From NCBI GenBank assembly GCA_965112735.1, contig OZ218960.1, positions 1,612,001 to 1,676,000 of the forward strand: 64,000 nt of DNA, in the 5' to 3' direction. This document shows, piece after piece, positions 39,044 to 50,780 of this stretch (its first letter is position 1; every line of letters begins with the position of its first letter). The notes beneath the pieces are model-generated. The model was given only the letters and a program-made list of their open reading frames with translations, had not been told where the DNA came from and made no database searches. Source of the DNA: Phaeosaccion multiseriatum. Taxonomy: Eukaryota; Protista; Ochrophyta, other classes. Both the position numbers and the translations under genes were made by a program.

Positions 39044-39831
39044 CTCACTCCGGCCACCGCGCGAGCTGAGGGACGACGCGCTTAGCTTCCTTTGCCGACT
39101 TTGTGTCGTAATGCGGCTGGTGTAGTCGCGTTGCGGCCGTGTGACTGCAAAGGCGCTGGCTGGTCCTATCGCATCCTGCTGCGGATGCTGGTCCCACCAA
39201 AAGCACAACTCTGATCCCCATATGTTCGTCTGCAACCTAAATCATGGGTTGGCAGCATTAATTCATTTCCCCAACAAAACTGGAAGGCTGCTAAAAGGAG
39301 AGAAGAAACAAAGTTTGAGACACCAAAGCGTCAGCTCAGCTCAATTCAGTACATTCCACATTAGCCCCTATCCATCCCACACCCCAATCCACCGCACTCA
39401 GCTTCAACCCATTGCTTTGAGAGAGAGAGTTCGAGAATTTCTATGGGAGGGTTGGTCCTCCGTTTCTCCAGCTGGCGACGGCGTGTCCGGACCGCTCCGC
39501 ACTTGTCACAAAACCGCTATACCGCCAAGGCGACGATCGGAAGACAACAACACAAGAGAGCTCAGGCAACCCAAAGGTACGAGTACCAGCCGTAGGAGGG
39601 TCGGGGGGAGGGGGGGAAGGAGAGATGTGCCCGTTTTTTCTTGGGAAGGATGGGTCGTTTCTTCAAACCCCTTTCCGAAGCGTTCTGACTGCGGAGGCGA
39701 TCGCCTCCGCCCAGGTCAGGAGTAGAGGGGGGGCTGTGTGGTGGGTGGGCTGGGTCCGTATGGTCCGATGACTGAGTGAGGCGACGCTCAGCAAGGGGGG
39801 GGCAGCAGCGGTGTGTAGCGGAGCGTTGTAA

Positions 39832-41202
<1,371 letters not shown>

Positions 41203-41463
41203 TAGTGGTCCTAGTCAGATTTAGCAGAAAGGAATGAAAATTGATATCGAGTTTTCACGGAATGTGACTGAGGCATTATCCTGAAATGTCTCGCTCCGCG
41301 TTTTAGCCCGTGTGCTGGTTCACTTGTCCTCCCTTTTCCCTGATTGACTTAACCTGACCTGGGGCCGACTTCAACCCCCTCGGGATCAAGAATTTTCAGA
41401 CCGAGTAACGGTCCCACAGAAAAATATACACAACACCAGTCAGTCTCAGAGACAACAGCAACC

Positions 41464-44335
41464 ATGGCAGCAGCGGTGGTTATGGTGGCGGAAAGCCCCC
41501 CCTCGGACTGGCAGGTGCGTCAAGCAAGAAGAAGGAATACAAGGGAGGAGGAGAGAGAAGAAGAATTGGGGGGGGGGGGGGGAGAGTGTTTGCAGGCATA
41601 GGAGAGGGGGGGGGAAATGATGCATGCAGCAGGGGGATGACTGTGAGTCACTGGAGCAGCCAGCTAGCCAGTCCACAGCCAGCCAGCCACAGCCAAAGCC
41701 TCTGCTGCAGTCGTGCTTAGCTTCCTCGCTCGGCCGGTCGGTCGTCACTTCCTCGCTCCTCGTGCTCGGCACTGTCTCCTCGGCTCGCCCGGCACCGAGC
41801 GAGCGAATCCTTCTCTAAGCAAGCAAGTAGGCCCACCCGCCAACGTGCTTGCCAGGCAGGACTTGGGGCTTGGCTTGGGTCGCTGAACCCTTGCTTGGTT
41901 GGGAAAGTTTCACGCCCCCCCCTGCCTGCCTCGCTTATAAGAGGACTATTGGAAAAGTAAAAGCTATGTCTGAGTTTCCACCCCTCTGCCGTCGGGGGCC
42001 TCCTTCCTCCTTCTTCGCTTGCCTCCCTGACTGCGCCCTGACTGTCTGCCTGCCTGCTCCCTTCCTCTTGCCCCCCACCAACCCAACACCCTCCCCTTGC
42101 TTGCTGTGCATCATCATGCCGCTATCATGGTCTCGCTCCTCTCTCCACAGACGGGCCTCTGCGATCTCTGCGCCACCGGGACGACAAACTGCCTTCTCAC
42201 CTTCCCCACATTCAGCTCGTGCGCCAACGCCACCGCTCGCAACAACCTGGACGGCTCAAACTGGGCCTTCAACTGCCTGTGCCTCTCTCCCTGCGCGGCC
42301 AGGAACATCGTTCGAAAAGCCTACAACATCAAAGGTAGTTAGCAACAAGCAGCAACTGGGATTTACCCCCTTGAAGTACCCCCCTTCTCCCTCCTGATTG
42401 AATGATACTTGACTGCAAGGCATTCTTGTATCGATTGTGAAGGAGGTAAGTATTGGCCGGCTAGTGGTACGGGCTGCTCCAGTGCCAGCATGGCTGGTGG
42501 GACTGGCCTGGTGGCTGCGGTCAGTAGCTACACTAAATGATTCTCTCCATTGCTTGTCCTCCTTGCTTTTCTAGCGCTACCGCGCTACCTGCTTTGCTCT
42601 GTTCTCACCCTATCCTATGAAACGCTTCTCCTACGCCTCTCCTCTGCCCTGCGGGCACCCCATCCATCGAGCAGGCTCGGGTTGTGGTGATTGCTGTAAC
42701 TCGACCTTTCTCCCATGGTGCAGCAACTCGCAGACTCTCGGCGAGACCATTGCCCGCGGCAAGAACATGAAGTAAGTCAGTGAGAGAGAGAGGGGGGGTT
42801 CCTTGCTGGAAGAGAGAGAGAGAGAGAGAGAGAATGAGAGAGTGAGTGCTGATGACATATCAGCGTTTGTTCGAGCAACAGGCAGTTGCTGCATATGCAT
42901 AACATGCTCTCCTCTTTCCATCTGCTTGGTTCTCCTTCCTTTGAATTCTCTTCCCCTCCTGTCCATCCACACACGCAAACACGCACACACACACGCACAC
43001 ACACATACACACATATACACACACGCACACACACCCACACGCACACACATACACACACGCGCGCCCTCGTCCCGCCATCGCCACCAGCCGCCCTGCGGAG
43101 CGGCAGCCCTGGAAGCACAGCCTGTTCTCCTGCTCTGACTCAGGGTACGTAACGCATTACGTAATGCGTTTGTGAACTTCTCCCTCGCCTTCAATTCTTA
43201 TGTCGACCCCCCCCCCCCCCCACTTTCCACACTCGCCCGAGAGGAAAACATTGAAAGGTTCTAGCCCATGGCCTCGGTCCTTGTGCCTCTCTCCTCGCCT
43301 CTCCTCTCCTCCCCTCACTCCCCTCCCCCTCCCCTCCCCTCCCCTCCACTCTCTACTTCCCTCCCCTCTCCTCTCCTTCCCTCTCTTGCCCTCCACCCTA
43401 CTGCCCTCTCTTGCCCTCCATCCATTGCCATCCCTCCCCCCCCCCTCCACTGCCATCCCTTCCTCTCCATCCACCGCCATCCCTCGCAGCTGTGGCGACA
43501 TGATGTATGGCCTTTTCTGCACCCCATGCGCTATTGCACGGGCTCGAAGCAACTACGATGGGAGCGACTGGTGAGTGAGTGAGTGAGTGAGTGAGTGGGT
43601 GGGTGAGTGAGTGAGTGAGTGAGTGAGTGAGTGAGTGAGTGAGTGAGTGAGTGAGTGAGTGAGTGAGTGAGTGAGTGAGTGAGTGAGTGAGTGAGTGAGT
43701 GAGTGAGTGAGTGAGTGAGTGAGTGAGTGAGTGAGTGAGTGAGTGAGTGAGTGAGTGAGTGAGTGAGTGAGTGAGTGAGTGAGTGAGTGAGTGAGTGTGT
43801 GAGTGAGTGAGTGAGTGAGTAGTGAGTGAGTGAGTGAGTGAGTGAGTAGTGAGTGAGTGAGTGCGTTAGTTCGTCAGTCAGTGAATCAGTGGGTCATTAA
43901 GTGAGTGAATGAATTAATGAGTGATTGAGCGAGCGAGTAAAGAAGTACCCTCCCTGGCTGGTAGTTCTCCTTGCCTGCCTTTCGCACGCCCCTCTTCTTC
44001 TCCCTGAGAATGACCGTGGGAAGGGCACGACACGTTGGGGCTAAATGGTGAAGGTCATACTGATGGCGGGCCGTCGCACTGAAACTGTGTGGCTTTGGAC
44101 CTTGCTGAACTTGAGCCCGGCCCTCCTCCCTCTCGTCCCTCTGCCTGCCTGCCCATATACCCGCGTGCCCGCGCAGCTGCTTCAATTTCTGCTGCATGAC
44201 GTCTCCCGTCATGTACAACATCATTCGCAAGGGCTATCACATTGAGGGCTCCTCGCTCACCGACATCCTCATCTCTCTTTTCTGCGGCCCATGCCAAGCG
44301 TGTCAGATGCTCAATGAGGTGGACTCTCGCGGCAA

Positions 44336-44385
<50 letters not shown>

Positions 44386-44633
44386 AGGGAGGGGGGGAGG
44401 GGGGGGAGGGGTTAAGGAAGAGAGTTGAAGGAGAGGGTCGGTCAGTCAAGAGGCTTCTGGCCACTAGAGCTTGCATAGTCGTTTTGCTGCCTCTGCCGGA
44501 CTCTCACCCCCTCCCCTCCCCTTACTCCTCGATGGCATCTGATGGCAACGATGATGGGCGCACACAGGCGAACGCCCAGCTGGTGACCGTTGCTGCCCCC
44601 CCTCCCACCAACGTCATAATGGGCCGAATGTAG
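41464..44633 (+). CDS. PLAC8-family cysteine-rich protein with two PLAC8 domains (paralog A), 7 exons
   Basis: DWQ|TGLCDLC...RNIVRKAYNIK|GSGCGDCCNSTFLPWCSNSQ, then WKHSLFSC...YGLFCTPCAIARAR...IRKGYHIEGSSLTDILISLFCGPCQACQMLNEV. Confidence 0.85.
43571..43862. repeat. (GTGA)n microsatellite starting at the splice donor of a PLAC8-A intron
   Basis: The intron opens with GTGAGTGAGT... and the repeat runs about 290 nt. Confidence 0.95.
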
Positions 44634-44952
44634 AGTAAAGGGCAAGCTGTTGCCATGGACTGCCTTCCTCAATGAATTTCGTAATTGTGTTTGTGTGTGA
44701 GTGAGTGCGTGTGTGTGTCTCGCGTTTGTGTCGTGTGTGTGTGTGCGTGTGTGTGTCCAAGGGGGAAATAGAGAAGCTTTATCCACTGGCCAAGGAGGAG
44801 GAAGAAAAAAACGAAACTGAAATCTTCCCCCAAGAGGCCCTCGTTCTTGAAATAATAAATGAGCGCACGCGATGAGGGAATGGCGGTCACCCACCATGCC
44901 GAGGGGGCGAGGGGCGAGGGCTGTGGAAAAAAAAATAAAAAAAAATACTGTG

Positions 44953-45307
44953 ATTTCGCGGTTGAGTGGCACTTTTGACGCCCCATTATTTTTTTTTGGC
45001 GCCGAATGACGATTTTTTTGACGACGTTTGACACGTTTGACGACGTTTGACGACACTTTAGCCCCCTATTTGACGCCTTTTGACGCTCTTTGACGCCCTT
45101 TGACGCCCTTTTCCGTGATTTTTTTTTACGTGATTTTTTTTAGACGAAATTAAGGCGAATTAAGATAAAAGGGCGTCAAAGGGCGTCAAATAGGGGGCTA
45201 AAGCGTCGTCAAACGTCGTTAAACGTCGTCAAACGTCGTCAAAAAAATCGTTATTTGACGTCAAAAAAAATTAATGGGGCGTCAAAAGTGCCACTCAACC
45301 GCGAAAT
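44953..45307. mobile_element. Foldback/MITE-like element with inverted arms of about 140-160 bp and internal 10-bp subrepeats
   Basis: ATTTCGCGGTTGAGTGGCACTTTTGACGCCCCATTA at the left end and its exact reverse complement at the right; internal TTTGACGACG/TTTGACGCCC arrays are mirrored; AT-rich and non-coding. No target-site duplication identified. Confidence 0.75.
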
Positions 45308-45440
45308 TTTGTAGGAAGAAATAAAGAAAGAAAAAAAGAACGATATCGACTTTAAATGTCGATGTGGTTGGGAACGCTCTTCTTTAGGATTTTTATTTGG
45401 CCCACTTTTCCTTTTCTCTCCTTTGTGTCTGTTCCTCGCT

Positions 45441-45476
<36 letters not shown>

Positions 45477-45488
45477 GAAAAGCAAGCC

Positions 45489-46602
45489 ATGTCTTATGGA
45501 GGGAATGCACACGGGCTGCCCCCCGGCGGCGCAGTGGTGGTGCACCAGCCCGTTCAAACGGGGATACACCAGCCAGGCGCACCAGCGGTACCATACCAAA
45601 ACCAAGCACCCAGCAGTACGGTCATGAATCAGCACTCCACGAGCTGGGAGGTGTGTCCAGAGAGAGGGAGGGAGAGTTTCGGGCGGGAAGGAGACACACC
45701 CTTACTCATGCTTGGAACTTGAAGTCTCCCTTCTCCTCTCGCTCTTTCCCTTGATTGATTGATGCATTTTCATGCATGAAGATGATGGCGTAAAAGAAGC
45801 GTCCACCCTCCCCCCTTTCCTGTCCGCTCCTCCCTCTTTCTCTCACAACACCCGCCCCGTGCTGTTCATTCATGTTGATGGCCTCCTCGCTCCTCAGACG
45901 GGCTTCTGCGATCTCTGTGCCACTGGAGCGACAAACTTCTGCTACACCTTCCCCCTGTGTAGCTCCTGCGCCAATGCCACCTCTCGCAACCAGTTTGACG
46001 GATCCAACTGGTGCTTCAACTGCGTCTGCCTCACCCCCGCGGCCGCTAGGAACATCGTCCGAAGAGGGTACAACATCAAAGGTACGGAAAGGTTTTTCTC
46101 GCGTTTGCACGGTATTCCCTGCTCATTGTTTTTATTTCGTCTCTCGAGTGTACTGTACCGCTCATGTCCTACTGCCCCACAGACACGGTGGGCTAGCCTG
46201 CTGCCTTGCAACCAATGTACTAAATTTGCTTATCGAGTATCTGAACAGCTGCTTCCCATCTCTCCCCTCCTGCTCGATTCTCTCCTCTGCTTATCTTCCT
46301 TGCTTTGCCTGCTGTGCTGTGCTGTGCTCTGATCCTCTATCTACATGACACGCTTCTCCTTTCTCCTTCGTCTCGGCTCGACTCTGCTGCCACCCCATCC
46401 ATCCATCCACTCAGGCTCGGGGACGTGTGACTGCTGCGCAACGTTCTGGCTCCCGTGGTGCAGCAACTCGCAGATGCTCGGAGAGACAATCAAGCGAGGA
46501 AAGGCCATCTAGTAAGTCAGGGAGAGTGTGTGTGTGTGTGCTCTCCTTGCAATGAGCTCGATCAACGCCGTAACAAGCTCTACTCTTCCCCCTCTTCTGA
46601 TG

Positions 46603-46633
<31 letters not shown>

Positions 46634-47834
46634 GCGCCCCCTCGTCTCAGCCGCCCCCCGAACCGGCAGCCCTGGGAGTTCAGCCTGTTCTCCTGCTCAG
46701 AGTCAAGGTGGGTAACATTACGTAAGCCGTGCGTGAATGAACAAGGTGCCCTTGGCACAGATTGCTTCTGGCCATCCTGTTTGTTGCGTTTCTACGGCTC
46801 TTTGTTCCTTCTGTGCCTCCCTCCCCTCCCCTCACCCCATCTCCGCTCACTCCCCCCTCCCCTCCTCCCCCCTCCCTCCCGTCCCCTCCCATTCCCTCCC
46901 ACGCCCTCCTTTTCTCCCCTCCCCTCCCCTCCCCTCCCCTCCCCTCGCCCCCCCATCACTCGCAGCTGTGAAACTCTGATGTACGGTCTGTTTTGCAGCG
47001 GCTGCGCCATTGCCTCGGCTCGATCTAAGTTCGATGGGAGCGACTGGTGAGTGAGTGAGGGAGGAGGGAGGGAGGGAGGGAGGGAGTGAGTGAGTGAGTC
47101 ACTGAGGGAGTGAGGGAGGGAGTGATTGAGTGAGTGGGTGCGTGAGTGAGTGAGCACCCTTGCTGGCGGTGAGCTCTCCTTGCCTGCCTTTCGCACCCTC
47201 CCCTCCCTCCTTGGGAAAGACACACATGCATCACACAGGGCATGTGTGGGGCAGAGACAAGCCTTTGTGTAACTCTGAACTCTCTCTTCTCTTGTCCCCC
47301 CCTACATCTACATGCGTGTATACTTCTCCTAGCTGAACCTTGTAGCTGAACAACCCCACCTCCCTCCTCCCCTCTCTGTGTGTCTGCCCATACGCCTGCC
47401 ACGCAGCCGCTTCAATTTCTGCTGCGTGACGACTCCGGTCCTGTACAACATCGTTCGAAAGGGCTATCACATTGAGGGCTCCTCCTGCGGTGACATTCTC
47501 ATCTCTCTTTGCTGCGGCCCATGCCAAGCGTGTCAGATGCTCAATGAGGTGGACTCTCGCAATAAGGTGAGAGAGAGAAGGAGAGGGAGAGGGTGAAGGA
47601 GGGAGGGGGGGGGGAGTTTGGAACGCGGGACAGACTGGCTTGCAGAGGAAGGGAGTAGACGATGACAGAATTTCAAAGAGAGTTGAAGCTAATGTCTACC
47701 GCCTACCGCCTCCCCCCCCGCGTCCTCTCTGTTCCCGATGGCAAATGATGGCAACGCTGGGCACACACACCACACAGCGGAGCAGCCAGCTGGTCAACGC
47801 TGCCCCTGCTAGCCACAACATTGCTCGGATCTAG
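45489..47834 (+). CDS. PLAC8-family double-domain protein (paralog B), 7 exons, with a Pro/Gly/Gln-rich N-terminus
   Basis: Same exon structure as paralog A: SWE|TGFCDLC...RNIVRRGYNIK|GSGTCDCCATFWLPWCSNSQ...WEFSLFSC...YGLFCSGCAIASAR...DILISLCCGPCQACQMLNEV. Confidence 0.85.
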
Positions 47835-48918
47835 AGCGTATCATATCTAGAGGGGAGCTCGCCAGCTGTGACCCGACCGTTCCCAACCACCAACTGGCTC
47901 GGGTCTAGAGCGCAGAGCGCAGTTGGCTCTGGGACCAGACAAGACCCGGCGAGTGGAGAGGTGCAGAGGCGCGAACGGAGACGAGTGCCTCCTGCCAGCC
48001 CTTACCGCCGCTGCTGCTAGCCGTGGACTGCCTTCCACAGTTTCGGCAGGCACCGGCCACAGTACACTATTTAGAGAAGCACCAGGGTTCTCGCTGTGCT
48101 ACTCTATTTCCTTACTTACTTACTTACTTACGTACGTACTTCCTTAGTGTGTAGCTTAAGAACGACGAAAGGGAAGGGGGGGGGGGCTTCTTTTATAGTA
48201 ACTGCAACTAGAAAACTTAATAGATGAAAAATCCCGCCCGCTCTCCCCCGCAGCCACACCAAGGGCCAAGAAACTGCAACACACACTGCAACCCAACGAG
48301 CGAAACTGAAACTGGATCCGCTGACCTCACCCGAGCAGATCGAGGGCTTCCCCAAAAGCTGTAAAGCTTGGCTCCCAACGATGGCACCCCATGGCCGTAC
48401 TCTCACGCAGGCGATCTATTGAGAGAGCCATGCTGGTCTGAGCCAAGGGCAGCCATGGGGGCAGCAGCAGATTGTTGGTGTACGTTCTCCTCTCCATCAT
48501 TCTACACTGACACATGATACACCCACTTGCATGTAGCGTAAACAAGTTCTGTCACTCTTCCCATGCTTGTTCCTTTATGCTCCATGCTATTCTTCTACTA
48601 CTATTAACACCTACATACAACTCTATATACATGGCGAGCTTTTAGCTTTCTACAAGGCTAGTCTTCCTTACGTCTCCTCCGTGCCCCCTCGTCACCCCGC
48701 CCCCCCTCCTCCTCCTCATCCCCCTCCTCCTCCTCCCTCTCCTCCCCTCCTCCTCCTCCTCCTCCTCCTCCTCCTCCTCCTCCTCGTCGTCCTCCTCCTC
48801 CTCCTCCTCCTCCTCCTCCTCCTCCTCCTCCTCCTCCTCCTCCTCCTCCCTCCTCCCCGTCTTCCCTCCTCCGCCTCCTCCGTTCTCCCCATCCCCCTCC
48901 TTCTCCTTCTCCTTCTCC

Positions 48919-50721
48919 TTATCCCCCTCCTCCTCCTCCTCCTCCTCCTCCTCCTCCTCCTCCTCCTCCTCCTCCTCCTCCTCCTCCTCCTCCTCCTCCT
49001 CCTCCTCCTCCTCCTCCTCCTCCTCCTCCTCCTCCTCCCCTCTCCTCCTCCTCTTCTTCTGACGACTCTTCCTCCAGCATTTCATCGGCAAAGTCCACTA
49101 CCTTATCGTAGTTGGCCCATATGACCTTTCTACAAAAAGTAAAGAGAATGTGCCCTTTGTTTGCCCGGAAGCGGCGCAAAGACACAAAAGGACAAGAGAG
49201 GCAGCAAGGAGTGGGGGCGGCAGGGGCCGTGAGAGTGAGGGAGTGCAGCAGCTGAGGGGGGGTTGAGAGTGAGAGTGAGTGCTGCTGTTGACGGTCACTG
49301 AGAGAGGGAGTAACTGCCAGCGAGGGTGCCAGCCAGTGCTAAGGGGCAGTGAAGGGTTTCTTCCTCCTTCGATGTCCTTACCCGTGAGTCCCCAAATGAC
49401 GTCACCCTCCTCCTTAGCCTTGCTGTTCTTCTTGGGCCGTCCCATTCGAAAGACAGGGCTGCTCATGTCTCGCTCTTCCCACCTGTTGAACAGTTTAGTG
49501 TTCATGTTAAGTTCAAGAGTTGAACGTGTTCAAGTGTTCATGTTCAAAAGTGTTCAAGTGTTGCAAGTGTTGAAGAGAGCGAGGTGTGAGGCCCAAGGGG
49601 GAAGGTCAGCTAGGACCCACGACAAGGGCCCAAGCCAAGAGAGGGAGGGAGGGAGGGAGGGAGGGAGGGAGGGAGGGAGGGAGGGAGGGAGGGAGGGAGG
49701 GAGGGAGGGAGGGAGGGAGGGAGGGAGGGAGGGAGGGAGGGAGGGAGGGAGGGAGGGAGGGAGGGAGGGAGGGAGGGAGGGAGGGAGGGAGGGAGGGAGG
49801 GAGGGAGGGAGGGAGGGAGGGAGGGAGGGAGGGAGGGAGGGAGGGAGGGAGGGAGGGAGGGAGGGAGGGAGGGAGGGAGGGAGGGAGGGAGGGAGGGAGG
49901 GAGGGAGGGAGGGAGGGAGGGAGGGAGGGAGGGAGGGAGGGAGGGAGGGAGGGAGGGAGGGAGGGAGGGAGGGAGGGAGGGAGGGAGGGAGGGAGGGAGG
50001 GAGGGAGGGAGGGAGGGAGGGAGGGAGGGAGGGAGGGAGGGAGGGAGGGAGGGAGGGAGGGAGGGAGGGAGGGAGGGAGGGAGGGAGGGAGGGAGGGAGG
50101 GAGGGAGGGAGGGAGGGAGGGAGGGAGGGAGGGAGGGAGGGAGGGAGGGAGGGAGGGAGGGAGGGAGGGAGGGAGGGAGGGAGGGAGGGAGAGAGGGAGG
50201 GAGGGAGAAAGGGAGAGAGAAGAATGCCACCCACTGCCACCCACTGCCATCCACTGTCATCTACTGTCATTCACTGCCACAGACACACACCTGCGCTTGT
50301 CTGCGATGACGGAGAGGGGGAGGGTGAAGACGCTCCCCACCTCCTCTGGGTTGGGATGAAGCTCGTGGGCTCGCAGGTTGCCCAGAAAGCCCTACGCAGG
50401 CAAGTGGCAGGCATGTGGGCAGGCAAGCGGGCAGGCATATGGGCAGGCATATGGGCAGGCATATGGGCAGGCAGGCAGCTGGTAAGTGGTGAGAGGTAAG
50501 TGAATGCGGCGGAGTGAGAGGAAGGCATCCGAGTAGAGAGGGCGCAGCAGGAGAATAGTGTCCCTCTCTCTCTCTCTCTCTCTCTCTCCCTCCCTCTCTC
50601 CCTCTCTCCCTCTCTCTCCCTCTCTCCCTCTCTCTCACTCTCTCTCTCTCTCTCTCTCTCCCTCTCCCTCTCTCTCCCTCTCTCTCCCTCTCTCTCCATC
50701 TCTCTCTCCCTCTCCCTCCCT

Positions 50722-50780
<59 letters not shown>

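Noticed and set aside
39428-39442. Heat-shock element upstream of polyubiquitin (TTCGAGAA)
   Set aside because: Only two correctly spaced nGAAn units; too weak to call.
44337-44567. Read-through C-terminus of PLAC8-A (ORF 44196-44633)
   Set aside because: A GTGAGA donor, (GA)n and a CACACAG acceptor are shared with paralog B, where the frame is closed; best read as an intron.
47835-48640. Possible gene fragment between PLAC8-B and the Nudix gene
   Set aside because: Only short ORFs with no recognisable domain; compatible with convergent 3' UTRs.
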